A stretch of DNA of 64,000 nt from an uncultured Methanosarcinales archaeon (GCA_964343575.1 CAYFJV010000001.1:410705-474704); one strand, 5' to 3'. Numbered from the stretch's first letter, positions 9,205-19,192 are shown. The notes: a model not told the origin generated them from the letters alone. A program made the numbers and translations.

Positions 9205-10026
9205 TCACTTCTTTCTTCTGTGCTCTTTTTTAATTTCTGCGCCACCAGCAGGCAAAAAACTAATGATATCGTCTAGGTCTCCCCCTTTAAGCTGAGAACG
9301 AATCTTCTTTGCTAGCGCAGATTTTTTTTCTCTCCCGGGGATCACAGTGAGGTAGTTCTCTGTCTTAGCTTGCACTGCGCTTGGTGGTCCGCCAATGATC
9401 TGTTGACTTTGTGTCCCTTCCTTCTCTTCGCTTACTAAACCGATTGCATAAGAAACGCTTGGGTGCAGATAGGTGTTTTTTCCATAAACCATAAAGCTTC
9501 CTTTTGCGAGGTGCTCTCCGGACTGCGCTTCTTTTGTCACCTGCTCAGGTTTGACATAGAAAACATCTGCCGTGGCATGACCCAATTTCCAAGCTCGAGA
9601 ATATGCAGCGGTTGCCTGCGCAGCTTCTTCTTTACTTAGATCTCCTGCGCGCTGACCTTCTTTGATCACAAAGAAAGGACTTCCTGCCATATCGGTATGA
9701 AAGACAAGATCCTCTTTCTCAGTATGCTTTTTCACCACAATTTCGTTAGAGGTAGCATCCTTTCCTCCAACGCACAAAAATCCTTCACTTGTGAAGAACC
9801 AATGAAACTTTTCATACCACTCCTTTTTGCGGTTCTTCTTCTCTTGACGTTTTGCTTCTTGCTCTTGGAACTTTTCTTCTTGGCTAAGGAGCAGAGCTAG
9901 TTTTGTTTTACTCTCTTCAAGCGCCTTTTTTGCTCCTTCTAGCTTTTTCTTATTCTTCTTAGCAAGGTCAAAATAGCGCCCGGCATTTTCATCTACAGAC
10001 TTTTCAAGATAGATTTCAACTTTCAT
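9205..10026 (-). CDS. NFACT-R (DUF814) domain protein, short RqcH/NEMF-like
   Basis: WYEKFHWF, GGKDATSNE, FHTDMAGSP, SGEHLAKGSFMVYG. Confidence 0.88.
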   Translation of the reverse strand: MKVEIYLEKSVDENAGRYFDLAKKNKKKLEGAKKALEESKTKLALLLSQEEKFQEQEAKRQEKKNRKKEWYEKFHWFFTSEGFLCVGGKDATSNEIVVKKHTEKEDLVFHTDMAGSPFFVIKEGQRAGDLSKEEAAQATAAYSRAWKLGHATADVFYVKPEQVTKEAQSGEHLAKGSFMVYGKNTYLHPSVSYAIGLVSEEKEGTQSQQIIGGPPSAVQAKTENYLTVIPGREKKSALAKKIRSQLKGGDLDDIISFLPAGGAEIKKEHRRKK

Positions 10027-10076
10027 AACAGATAACAGTTTACTGAGAAGAGTCAAAGAAATAAAAATGCTTTGTT

Positions 10077-10340
10077 TTACTTTTGAGGGAAGGTGTGTTC
10101 TGTCCTGTAATCACTTATTAAATCTAATGGTGTCTGCTCACAGCGAGCATATAATTCAGTAATTCCTCCTCCAGAAGATGGACTTTCTATGTGGAGGAGA
10201 ACATCTCCATGTCCAGTGTGATAGATCCCAAACACGAGATGCTCGAGTACATCTCCCAGAACAGTAAAGCGGGCACGCTGCTGAGCAGTTAGAGTTGAAG
10301 GAACAGTTCTATCAAAAGTAGTGAGGTCTTCTAGCGGCAT
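10077..10340 (-). CDS. Hypothetical Lys-poor protein
   Basis: ORF from ATG 10340 downstream of a TATA-like element. Confidence 0.5.
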   Translation of the reverse strand: MPLEDLTTFDRTVPSTLTAQQRARFTVLGDVLEHLVFGIYHTGHGDVLLHIESPSSGGGITELYARCEQTPLDLISDYRTEHTFPQK

Positions 10341-10414
10341 ACGGGAGGGAAGTAAGAAAATTATAAAAAAGTTCGTAAGAAAAGTTAGGGGACGTGGGGT
10401 GTACGGAAGGAGAG

Positions 10415-10879
10415 CTAACAAGCTCGAATTTCATCACCCTCAAGGACCAAGGCTTGCTCAACACAGATCTCTTCTTCTTCAAGCACCTTTACTTTTGGGA
10501 TGATTTTTACTTGTCTCATCTCACCACTAAACTCTGGATTATAACCTAAATGGGTGAGATAATTTCCTGCTTTGTGCATTTGCGCATCTTCTAAATCAAA
10601 ACTTTCAGCACGCTCAGTACCAATGATATTCACTACCAAACCACTGACATCAAGATTTATTCCGTTTTCTACCACAAAATACAAGTCTTTTTTCTCATGA
10701 TCAAAACAAAGTTCAGGAAGACCTTCCACTTCAGAAAACTCTAGACCAATGTCAATGGTACAGTGTGATTCGAGGTCCACTTGTGCTCTTCCAAAGTTCA
10801 TGATCACCAAACCAACTGCTACTGCAAAAGAAATGAGTAAGAGCGTTGCAACTAGCGGAGCCATTCCTTTTTTTTTCAT
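10415..10879 (-). CDS. Archaeal type IV pilin-like protein
   Basis: Class III signal peptide MKKKG|MAPLVATLLLISFAVAVG. Confidence 0.85.
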   Translation of the reverse strand: MKKKGMAPLVATLLLISFAVAVGLVIMNFGRAQVDLESHCTIDIGLEFSEVEGLPELCFDHEKKDLYFVVENGINLDVSGLVVNIIGTERAESFDLEDAQMHKAGNYLTHLGYNPEFSGEMRQVKIIPKVKVLEEEEICVEQALVLEGDEIRAC

Positions 10880-10930
10880 AGTGCTCTTAAAGAGGTTTTT
10901 TTGTTATTTAAAGCTTTGTTACTCATTTAA

Positions 10931-11058
10931 GTGGCGCTTGCCAAGGCGGGGCCAGAAGAACTCCTGTCCGCCATTAGCTTTTCCTTAGCAGGAAAAGGGT
11001 TCCCAGGAGATTCGCTTCCTTCTTCTTAATTTTCCCAGCAATCAGGCAAGCGCGCCAC
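10931..11058. ncRNA. Unknown structured element, copy B
   Basis: Terminal pairing GTGGCGCTTGCC/GGCAAGCGCGCCAC; inverted homolog of 8378-8560. Confidence 0.65.
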
Positions 11059-11106
11059 TCATTCTTCAGGAGAAGGCATATAAAGCGCCCCTTTCTTCGT
11101 GCCATT

Positions 11107-11634
11107 ATGCCAGGAGAAATAAAGATGGGAGAGAATATCTTTTTGATCTCTCACTACCTTGAAGATTTTGAAACCTTCTTGAATGATGCTAAATTAATGG
11201 CAGTGCAAACAATACCCTTTGTCTCTGTTGGTGCGGTTCTGTTCAGAGAGCTTTCTGGAGAAAGGAAATTTCTTTTGATTAAACACAAAGAAAAATTTGG
11301 CGGGCATTGGGACTTTCCAAAAGGACATAGTGAAGTTGATGAGGAGCGTAAAGAGACTGCAAAACGTGAGGTTCTTGAGGAAACTGGCTTGCAAATTAAT
11401 GGTTTTGTTCTAGGCTTTTGTGAAGAAAGTGTGTATTACCCTCGTAATTTTTTATATGTACGCAAGAGTGTTTTTTTCTTTTTAGCAAAAGCAGGTGCTA
11501 GAGAAGAGGTAAAAATTGCTGAGAATGAGTTAGAAGACTTTGCTTGGCTTTCCTTTAGGGAGGCAAAAAAGAGGCTGACCTATCAGCGCAGCAAAGAGAT
11601 TCTTGAATCTGCAGAAGCTTTTATTAAGCGCTGA
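11107..11634 (+). CDS. NUDIX hydrolase (Ap4A hydrolase-like)
   Basis: HWDFPKGHSE...TAKREVLEETG Nudix box. Confidence 0.92.
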   Translation: MPGEIKMGENIFLISHYLEDFETFLNDAKLMAVQTIPFVSVGAVLFRELSGERKFLLIKHKEKFGGHWDFPKGHSEVDEERKETAKREVLEETGLQINGFVLGFCEESVYYPRNFLYVRKSVFFFLAKAGAREEVKIAENELEDFAWLSFREAKKRLTYQRSKEILESAEAFIKR

Positions 11635-12143
11635 TGTTTCTTCTTTTTATGGCATTCGCTGTTACCCATGTGATTGTAGCAATTGTGGTACTTGATTTCT
11701 TTCGTCACTATATCTTTGGAAAAGATGTTTTTCCTCGCTACCTTCTTGCAGTGGGAGGAATTGCTGGGCTTGCTCCTGATATTTACATCCCAATCAACAT
11801 TATCATTAATTGGTTTACAGGGTCCGAAGGTTTTTATGGACTCTTTTTTAGTCATTCTTTACTTGTAGTTTTGCTTTTCCTTCTTTTGGGGGCGCTTTTT
11901 CGTTACCTAGAGAAAGATACTTGGGAAAAAGTCTGCTATGTTATTGGAGCAGGAATCTTTATTCATCTCCTTTTAGATTGTTTCTTTGGTGGAGCAGGTA
12001 AAACTTTCTTTTGGCCAGTGAGTAATATTAGCTTTTGTCCTAGCTGGAGGCTTGCTGAACATGCCGCACGTATTGATGCTCTTATTTTAGTGCTTTGGAT
12101 CATTCATGAAGAAGTTCACGGCAAAATTAAGGATTATTTTTAG
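11634..12143 (+). CDS. Membrane metal-dependent hydrolase (YdjM-like)
   Basis: TH, LAPD, SHSL, HLLLD, FFWP motifs within TM helices. Confidence 0.8.
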   Translation: MFLLFMAFAVTHVIVAIVVLDFFRHYIFGKDVFPRYLLAVGGIAGLAPDIYIPINIIINWFTGSEGFYGLFFSHSLLVVLLFLLLGALFRYLEKDTWEKVCYVIGAGIFIHLLLDCFFGGAGKTFFWPVSNISFCPSWRLAEHAARIDALILVLWIIHEEVHGKIKDYF

Positions 12144-12262
12144 AGACTGGTTCTGTTGCTTCTAAAAGAGATTCAAATAGAGTCTGTCTTTAAAAAATTT
12201 CTAGGGAATAGAGAATCAGAATAAAATAAATTATGAAAAAAAGTTAAAAATAAAGCAAAAGT

Positions 12263-12871
12263 CTACTCTTCAGTAAACTCTTCAACCTTTACAGGTAACT
12301 CTTCATCTCCTCGAAGCATATTCTTTGCTTTCATATACTCACGAGTGATTAGATAAAGTACAAGGCCAACTGACTTCTTTCCTTTGTTGTTTACAGGAAC
12401 CACTAAATCAAGGTTGTTTGCTTCGTTGTTTGTATCACAAAGACCAACAAGAGGGATACCTGCTTTAAGTGCGTCCTTCACTGCGTTCTTATCTGGCCAA
12501 GGATCACAAACCATCATTACTTTTGGTTCAATAAAAGTATCAAGGTTGGTATTGGTCAAAATTCCTGGAGGATATCTCCCAGTGATCACATTGATCCCAG
12601 TAAGCTTCTTGAGATGCTTGAGTCCTTTCCAACCATTCTCACGGCGGCTTACAATCAAGATGTCTTTTGCTTCATAGTTTGCTAGAAACTTTGCAGCCAG
12701 AGCAATACGCTCATCAATTTTTTTGAGGTTCAATACACTCAGTCCATCTGGCCTGGTTTTGTAGATGAACTTTTCCATATATTTTGTCTTAAACTTGGTT
12801 CCAATGTGAACTCCTGCTTTGAGATACTCATTGGAGTCAATTAATAGATCTTCATGTTGTTCGGTTGTCAT
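12263..12871 (-). CDS. rps2: 30S ribosomal protein uS2
   Basis: YLKAGVHIGT, GRYPPGILTN, LCDTNN, PVNNKG. Confidence 0.97.
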   Translation of the reverse strand: MTTEQHEDLLIDSNEYLKAGVHIGTKFKTKYMEKFIYKTRPDGLSVLNLKKIDERIALAAKFLANYEAKDILIVSRRENGWKGLKHLKKLTGINVITGRYPPGILTNTNLDTFIEPKVMMVCDPWPDKNAVKDALKAGIPLVGLCDTNNEANNLDLVVPVNNKGKKSVGLVLYLITREYMKAKNMLRGDEELPVKVEEFTEE

Positions 12872-13068
12872 TTTTTATTCTCCACTATTGTTTATGTGTT
12901 AAAAGCTCAAAAATTGGAGTCAGAAGAGATATTTCTGACTGCGATTTTTTTTGCCTCACGCAGCTCCATAACCCCTACAACGAGGTTACTTCGGCTATGA
13001 ATTCCTTGGGTAAGAAGCACTTTATAAACTTATCGAGAATTTATCCAGATTAAGGTTGAAGAAAAAAG

Positions 13069-13302
13069 CTACTCCTCTTCTGATTCTAAGGATTCTTCTT
13101 CCTCAGCTTCATCAAGTTCTTCACTGAGCTCGGTTTCTTCTGGGAGCTCAGGCTCTTCTACTTCTTCAAGAACATCTGCTCCGGTTGCCGCCGCGGTTGC
13201 TCCTTCCTCAAAGCCGCTTAAAGAGTACAAAGAACTTGTTAAAGAGACTACAAAAGCTACTGCCAGAAGCGCCACCAATGTTTTGTTTGAAATATGTGCC
13301 AT
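13069..13302 (-). CDS. Small membrane-anchored acidic protein
   Basis: ISNKTL followed by a hydrophobic helix and a Glu-rich tail. Confidence 0.6.
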   Translation of the reverse strand: MAHISNKTLVALLAVAFVVSLTSSLYSLSGFEEGATAAATGADVLEEVEEPELPEETELSEELDEAEEEESLESEEE

Positions 13303-13724
13303 TATTGTTCTTCACCTGCCACTGCATCTTGCGAAGCAGATGCTTCTATGGATGCCCCTACTTCTTCAGCTAACTCTTCCTCAAGCTCATCAACATCCTC
13401 GCTTACTTCTTCAAGAAGTTCCTCTAGAGCGTCAATGTCATCTTGATAACTTTCAGAAGCACTAAGCTCTGAACTGGAAGTGATGAATAGGATGATGCTT
13501 ACTGTACTCACTAAAATTACAAGGACAAGCATGACAAGAACAATCCTATTAGAAAGATCCCGAGCACCAGTATTTCTCGGACTTTGTTTTTGATTAAGAG
13601 AAGATGTTCTTCGGGAAGGTGTCTTTTTGGTTTGCCTTTTCTTGGACCGCTTAGGTGAAGCTCTCTTAGAAGACTTCGCTTTTGCTCCTTTTGTTGCCTT
13701 TCTTTTCACCTTCCTTTTTGTCAC
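13302..13724 (-). CDS. Single-TM protein, basic N-terminus and acidic C-terminus
   Basis: GAGGTG RBS; LSNRIV followed by a TM helix, resembling the downstream gene. Confidence 0.65.
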   Translation of the reverse strand: MTKRKVKRKATKGAKAKSSKRASPKRSKKRQTKKTPSRRTSSLNQKQSPRNTGARDLSNRIVLVMLVLVILVSTVSIILFITSSSELSASESYQDDIDALEELLEEVSEDVDELEEELAEEVGASIEASASQDAVAGEEQ

Positions 13725-13756
13725 GACAGGTCCACCTCTTCACTTGAGATGAATGC

Positions 13757-14545
13757 TTAGAGATTTAAATAACTTTTGTTTTGCAAGTTAGCTGTTCCTC
13801 TCGCTTTTTTTTCTTGCTTCTCCTCACCATCTTGTCTTCCACCCCTCCCATTTTTCATGCTAAGCCCAGCTTGATTGATAGTAAAGGAGAGTTTTTTTCC
13901 AGGAGCCATATAACGATGTTTTCTCAAGATAAGTGAACGAAGTGTTGGGTTCTCTTCTTCATCTCTTTGTTCTTTTACCAACTCAATAAGACATTTACTC
14001 CCATACTTGAGTACATCTCCACCAACCATTTTTACTCGTTCTTTGTTATTGAAGTCAGCATAGACTTGATTGGTAATAAGCACCGGAATTTTCTTACTTC
14101 GAGCAATTTCTACCAATTGCGCGATCTGTCTTGCCAGAGCAGCATTAGTCTCAAAAACACTTTCTGCTTTTCCTAACTCTAAACGATAGAGCATAGAGAT
14201 AGAGTCAACTACAATCATTCCAATGTCAAGAGAAGAATTGACAAGCTGCTTAATACGCTCAAAAGATTCTTGCTGTTCTTTAAAGTTAAGTGGTTGAAGG
14301 AAGATGATCTCTTGAAGCACTTTCTGATAATCCTTACTTAACTGCTTGATGCGCTCAACAGCAATACCTCCTTCGGTATCAATGAGAAGAACTTTCTTTC
14401 CTTGCTCAGCAACTCTCACTGCAGCTAGCAGGCAAAGATTTGTTTTTCCGCTTCCTGAAGGACCATAAATAGTGGTAACAATATCTCTTTCATAGCCCCC
14501 ATCCAACTGTGCATCTAAGAAAGCAGCCCCCGTGCTTGTTTTCAT
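13757..14545 (-). CDS. radB: DNA repair protein RadB
   Basis: GPSGSGKT, IDTEGG, VVDSIS, ITNQVY, C-terminal KHR motif. Confidence 0.95.
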   Translation of the reverse strand: MKTSTGAAFLDAQLDGGYERDIVTTIYGPSGSGKTNLCLLAAVRVAEQGKKVLLIDTEGGIAVERIKQLSKDYQKVLQEIIFLQPLNFKEQQESFERIKQLVNSSLDIGMIVVDSISMLYRLELGKAESVFETNAALARQIAQLVEIARSKKIPVLITNQVYADFNNKERVKMVGGDVLKYGSKCLIELVKEQRDEEENPTLRSLILRKHRYMAPGKKLSFTINQAGLSMKNGRGGRQDGEEKQEKKARGTANLQNKSYLNL

Positions 14546-14661
14546 GAACTGGGATGATGGAGAAGATGCGATTTAAATATTTCTAAACAGGAGACCTGTC
14601 CAAAGAGAAGGTATGAGCCAAATGAAAGTATTATAAAGCAAAATAGCTTTTGTATTCCTTA

Positions 14662-16218
14662 ATGTTAGAGAGGAAACATTGGGTCTTGTTGGCTATTTTT
14701 TTAGGAAGCTTATCCCTACGCTTGTTTTTGGCTTTTAGCATTCCAAACTTTACTTATGATTCTTACTTCCACCTTCGGCAAGTAGAACAGATCATGACAA
14801 GTGGAGTTCCATTGTTTAGAGATCCTCTCTCTTATGGGGGCAGGGAATTAATCTTTCTCCCCCTTTTCCATTATGTCTCTGCAGGGTTAGCGCTGCTTTT
14901 TCCCTTGGAGATTGTTGCTAAAGTTCTCCCGAACTTGCTTTTTGCTCTTTTGAGTCTAGCTACTTTCTTTATTGCCGAGAGAATTAGTAAGAGAAAAAAC
15001 GCTGCACTCTTTGCAGCTTTGGTTACCGCACTTTTACCTGTCACTTTCCAGACCAACAGCTTTAGCCCTTTGCCTTTCGCGCTTTTGTTTGTCCTCTTAA
15101 GTATTTACTTTTTCATTGGACTGAGGCAAGGAAGGAATAGGGAAAGAAACACCTGGTTTTTTATCCTTAGCCTTCTTGCTCTTTTCTTTAGTAGCACACT
15201 TTCCTTTGTCCTCATTTTCGGTTTGCTCTTTTACGTTTTACTTGCAAATGTAGAAGAACAGAAAATACAAAAAAGAGAAAAAGAACTCATCTTTTTTGCA
15301 AGTGTTCTTTTTCTCTGGACCCAGTTCCTCTTCTTCAAAGAAGTCTTTCTTAGTTATGGCCTACAATTCATTAGAGGAAATATTCCTCCCCAGATTATCT
15401 TTGATTACTTTCCCCGGATCAGCTTAGTCGATGCCCTTCTCTTGGTAGGTGTAGTTCCTCTCCTTGGAGGAATGTTTTTTATCTACACTTCCATATTTGA
15501 AGAAAAGCGCCAGAGCCTTTTTCTTTTAGTAAGCTTTGCAATCGCTAGCATTCTTCTTACTGGACTTCGGCTCGTGCCTTTTGAAGTTGCCATCAGTTTT
15601 CTGGGACTCTTGTTTGCTATTCTTTTTTCATCTTTTTATGAACAGCTCCTCAGCTTCTATGAGAGGACACGTTTCAGTTCGCTTCATGGTAGCCTTGATA
15701 AAAAAATCAAGAAAAAAGCAAAGAGAATTAGTAGCAGGTTTAACTTTTCAAGCACAACGACATTACTTATCCTTATTGTTCTTCTCCCTAGCCTTCTCTT
15801 TCCAGCGTTGAGTGTTGCCCATGGCCAAGCAGTTCCGAGCGATGCAGAAGTAGCCTTCTTTCAAGGGATTGGAGAAAACACACGCTCAGGAGAGGTTGTT
15901 TTAACGGATGTTCAAGAAGGACATTTAGTGAGTTACCTCTCACAAAGAAAAAATGTTCTAGACAGTAACTTCCAGCTTATTGAAGATGTTGAAAATCGGG
16001 TTCAAGATCTGGGGACTATTTACTCTACCCCTTTCCAGACTCAAGCCGTAAAACTTCTAGAAAAATATGGTGTTGATTACATTGTGTTAAGCTCAAGCGC
16101 TAAGGAACGTTTTGGGAGGGAAAAGATTGAGAGTATAGATAACGAATGTTTTAAAGTACTTATTATTGAAAACGGTAATGAAGCTTACCATATTAATTGT
16201 GCATTGATCACAAGTTAG
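14662..16218 (+). CDS. GT-C fold (STT3/PMT-like) membrane glycosyltransferase
   Basis: YDSYFHLR loop after TM1, DPLSYGG, many TM helices, C-terminal KYGVDYIV domain. Confidence 0.65.
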   Translation: MLERKHWVLLAIFLGSLSLRLFLAFSIPNFTYDSYFHLRQVEQIMTSGVPLFRDPLSYGGRELIFLPLFHYVSAGLALLFPLEIVAKVLPNLLFALLSLATFFIAERISKRKNAALFAALVTALLPVTFQTNSFSPLPFALLFVLLSIYFFIGLRQGRNRERNTWFFILSLLALFFSSTLSFVLIFGLLFYVLLANVEEQKIQKREKELIFFASVLFLWTQFLFFKEVFLSYGLQFIRGNIPPQIIFDYFPRISLVDALLLVGVVPLLGGMFFIYTSIFEEKRQSLFLLVSFAIASILLTGLRLVPFEVAISFLGLLFAILFSSFYEQLLSFYERTRFSSLHGSLDKKIKKKAKRISSRFNFSSTTTLLILIVLLPSLLFPALSVAHGQAVPSDAEVAFFQGIGENTRSGEVVLTDVQEGHLVSYLSQRKNVLDSNFQLIEDVENRVQDLGTIYSTPFQTQAVKLLEKYGVDYIVLSSSAKERFGREKIESIDNECFKVLIIENGNEAYHINCALITS

Positions 16219-16274
16219 ATTAGTTGGATTATCCGAATGGTACAAAAATAGAGAGAAGAAGGAAGAAGAAAGAT

Positions 16275-17888
16275 ATGATCACAGAAAAAGAGTTTATCAG
16301 CAAGGTACTTCGAAGGGAAAGAGAGATCATTTTTTCTTTAGCATTTTTTTTCCTAGCTCTTCTTCTCTTGATGAGGTTCCTTGCAGGAAATCCACTTAGC
16401 TATGGTGAAGAAAGCTTTCTTCACATCGCGAATATAAATAACGTCCTAGAAGGTTCTGCTCCTTGGTTCTCTCTGAATATTTTTGAACTTTTCCTAATCC
16501 CATTTCACTTCCTTTTGCCCTTACACTTGTTGTTTATAGTTCCAATACTCCTTAGTTTTTCTAGCTTAACCCTCTATTTTTGGCATAGTAGGCGCTTGGA
16601 TCTTCCTAAAAAAGAGAATTTCTTTTTCCTGCTTTTCCTTGTCCTTTCTCCTGCTTTTCTTTATCATTCTAGTACTCTTAGCTTCTACAGTTTTTTCTCC
16701 TTTTTCTTTCTCTTCCTCTTATGGCTCTTAGAACAAAATAATAAAAAGTACTCTATGATTGCAGTCCCTCTCTTCTTTCTTCTTCCAAGCCTTGGTCTTC
16801 TTTCAGGAATATTGGGGCTTCTCCTTCTTTTGGCCTACAACTCCTTTAGAAGAACAGCTTCATCAAGACTGGAACCCAAGAAAATATCTAGAAAGGCGCC
16901 TTTTTCCAAAGTAAAGAGAAGTAAAAAGAGTGAAGGTGAATTCATTGACCTTGCTCGCCAGAGTTTACAAATAAGTAAAGAAAGTTCTCTTCTTTTTCGT
17001 CTTGCACTGTTCTCCTTAGTTACAGGAATGCTCTTTTTCTTTTTTCTTCCGGGAGGAGGGCTTTTTTTAAGCGGTTCCCCAAGTGTTGAGTTGATGAGTG
17101 ATTTTGGAAGTAAAAGTGGAGTTAGTTTTATTGTCCTATTCTTGACCTTGGTTGGCCTTGCTCTTTTTTGGAGAACAAAAAGAAGCGTTTTTTTGTACAC
17201 AAGTATGATTGTCACAACAATGGCTTTTCTTATTAACGTAAAACAACTATATCCATTAACAGTTCTTTGTATTGCTTTTGCTGCGATCAGTTTTAACGCA
17301 CTACAGGAAAGAAAATGGCAACTCAAAAAAATAAAACAGTATAGTCTTTTACTTATTCTTTTGAGCATGCTCTTCTCAACAGTCACTTATTTAGATCGTG
17401 TTGATAGCTTTGATCCAAATGATGAAGTGTTCTCTCTTCTTTTCTGGCTTGAAGAGGAAAGTGAAGGTTTGGAGTTCTTAGGACATGATGGGAAAGTGCT
17501 TGCGATTAAAGAGAACAGAGCCTACATTGAAGCTTTAACTCCTTACGAAACTTGGGAAAAAGAAGAGGAAAAGAATTGGTTAAGAGTTCCATCCCTCTCA
17601 AAGATCATGCAAGGAGGTGTGGATAATGTTGGTAGCGCCGAATCCTCGGGAGACCTAGAAGGAGATGAAGAAGATTTAGAAGAGGTCCTTTTTAGCACAC
17701 TCTACCCAAGGCATCTTTTTCCGCTCTTAGAAGAGAATGAAATAGCATTCATCTATGTTGATCCGAAGACAAGAGAGCTCCATTCAGAGGAGAGGGGCCT
17801 TCTTTTTGCCCTTAGGAACGAAAACTTTAAATTGCTTTACGAGCGAGAAGGCTATGAATTATGGTTATTTGCTGGGGGAGAGGGCTAG
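16275..17888 (+). CDS. Polytopic membrane protein, probable diverged GT-C paralog
   Basis: GEESFLH loop after TM1; similar C-terminal soluble domain. Confidence 0.5.
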   Translation: MITEKEFISKVLRREREIIFSLAFFFLALLLLMRFLAGNPLSYGEESFLHIANINNVLEGSAPWFSLNIFELFLIPFHFLLPLHLLFIVPILLSFSSLTLYFWHSRRLDLPKKENFFFLLFLVLSPAFLYHSSTLSFYSFFSFFFLFLLWLLEQNNKKYSMIAVPLFFLLPSLGLLSGILGLLLLLAYNSFRRTASSRLEPKKISRKAPFSKVKRSKKSEGEFIDLARQSLQISKESSLLFRLALFSLVTGMLFFFFLPGGGLFLSGSPSVELMSDFGSKSGVSFIVLFLTLVGLALFWRTKRSVFLYTSMIVTTMAFLINVKQLYPLTVLCIAFAAISFNALQERKWQLKKIKQYSLLLILLSMLFSTVTYLDRVDSFDPNDEVFSLLFWLEEESEGLEFLGHDGKVLAIKENRAYIEALTPYETWEKEEEKNWLRVPSLSKIMQGGVDNVGSAESSGDLEGDEEDLEEVLFSTLYPRHLFPLLEENEIAFIYVDPKTRELHSEERGLLFALRNENFKLLYEREGYELWLFAGGEG

Positions 17889-17917
17889 AAGAGTAAAAAT
17901 TTGCTCGCTTAGGGAGA

Positions 17918-19189
17918 ATGGATATTTGGTCACAGGTGTTACTCTGGGTAGTATATTTTCTTTCTTTGTACTTTGCTGTCTTTTTAATTCTCATTTTTAT
18001 TGATAAACGTGAAGTCTTTGATAAAGAAGTCTCTAGTATGGATTTAGAAAAAGAACCTATTGTTTCCATCCTTGTTCCAGCCTATAATGAAGAAAAGACT
18101 ATTGAAGGGACTATGGCTTCTGTTCGTGATATTGATTACCCCAGGGAAAAGCTTGATGTCATCATTATTGATGATGGTTCCTCTGATAAGACAAAAAAGA
18201 TTATTGAAACTTTTATTGCCAAAGAAGGACTAGACCATTTTCGCTTGCTCTCTCATAAAAACATGGGAAAAGCAGCTTCTATGAACAAAGCCCTAAAGTT
18301 AGCTAAAGGGGAGTTTTTCGCCTGCCTTGATGCTGACTCCTTTGTTGATGCGAACAGTTTACGCAAAATGCTCTCTTTTTACTACAAAGAAAATGATCCA
18401 CAGTTGGTGGTGATAACTCCTGCTATGAAGGTGCACAAGCCAAGAAACGTGCTCCAAAAAATCCAGTGGATTGAGTATTTAGTTATGATTTTAGTTGGAA
18501 GAATCAGCAGCCATCTTGATTCTCTTTACGTTGCTCCTGGGCCTTTCTCCTTATACCGTACAGAAGTTATTAGAGATGTGGGCGGTTTTGACACCAAAAC
18601 TCTTGCTGAAGACCAAGAGATTGCTTATCGTCTTCAAGAGAAGCATTATCGTCTTAAACAATGCTTTGATGCTTACGTGCACACTGTAAGCCCAGACAAA
18701 CTTGTTCCTTTTTACAAACAACGTCGGCGCTGGTACCTTGGAAGCATGGGCTGCGCCTACAAATACAAACATCTTATCGCAAACAAGAGTTATGGAGATT
18801 TTGGTATCATGCAGATGATCAAAAACGTCCTTGGTTACTTTATTGCCTTAGCAGGAATTGGTTTTGCTCTTTATTATTTTGTTTGGCCAGTATTTAAGAG
18901 GATCTTAAGTGGCTTAGTCATTGATTTTGATATCATTCCTTTCTTGTTAGACTTAGACTTTAGTTTTAACGTGCTTTTCGTGGATATTCCAAGAGTTTTT
19001 GTTTTTACAGCATTGTTTGCTACTTCCTTGTTTTTCTTTTACTACGCCCATAGGAATGCTCGCGAGAAGGTAAGTGCAGTAGGTTATCTTCCTATCGTTC
19101 CTTTCTTTGCAGTGTACTATCTCTTGAAGGGAGGAATTTTGCTCTTGTGTATGTATGAATTCAGTAGGCGTAAGAAAATCAAGTGGTAG
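17918..19189 (+). CDS. Processive GT2 (PgaC/IcaA/cellulose synthase-like)
   Basis: VPAYNEE, DDGSSD, GKA, DADS, AED, QRRRW; TM helices. Confidence 0.9.
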   Translation: MDIWSQVLLWVVYFLSLYFAVFLILIFIDKREVFDKEVSSMDLEKEPIVSILVPAYNEEKTIEGTMASVRDIDYPREKLDVIIIDDGSSDKTKKIIETFIAKEGLDHFRLLSHKNMGKAASMNKALKLAKGEFFACLDADSFVDANSLRKMLSFYYKENDPQLVVITPAMKVHKPRNVLQKIQWIEYLVMILVGRISSHLDSLYVAPGPFSLYRTEVIRDVGGFDTKTLAEDQEIAYRLQEKHYRLKQCFDAYVHTVSPDKLVPFYKQRRRWYLGSMGCAYKYKHLIANKSYGDFGIMQMIKNVLGYFIALAGIGFALYYFVWPVFKRILSGLVIDFDIIPFLLDLDFSFNVLFVDIPRVFVFTALFATSLFFFYYAHRNAREKVSAVGYLPIVPFFAVYYLLKGGILLLCMYEFSRRKKIKW

Positions 19190-19192
19190 AGC

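Noticed and set aside
10931..11058. SRP RNA (CCAGG...AGCAA)
   Set aside because: No GNRA-capped helix 8 geometry, the motif is not kept in copy A, and it is much shorter than typical archaeal SRP RNA.
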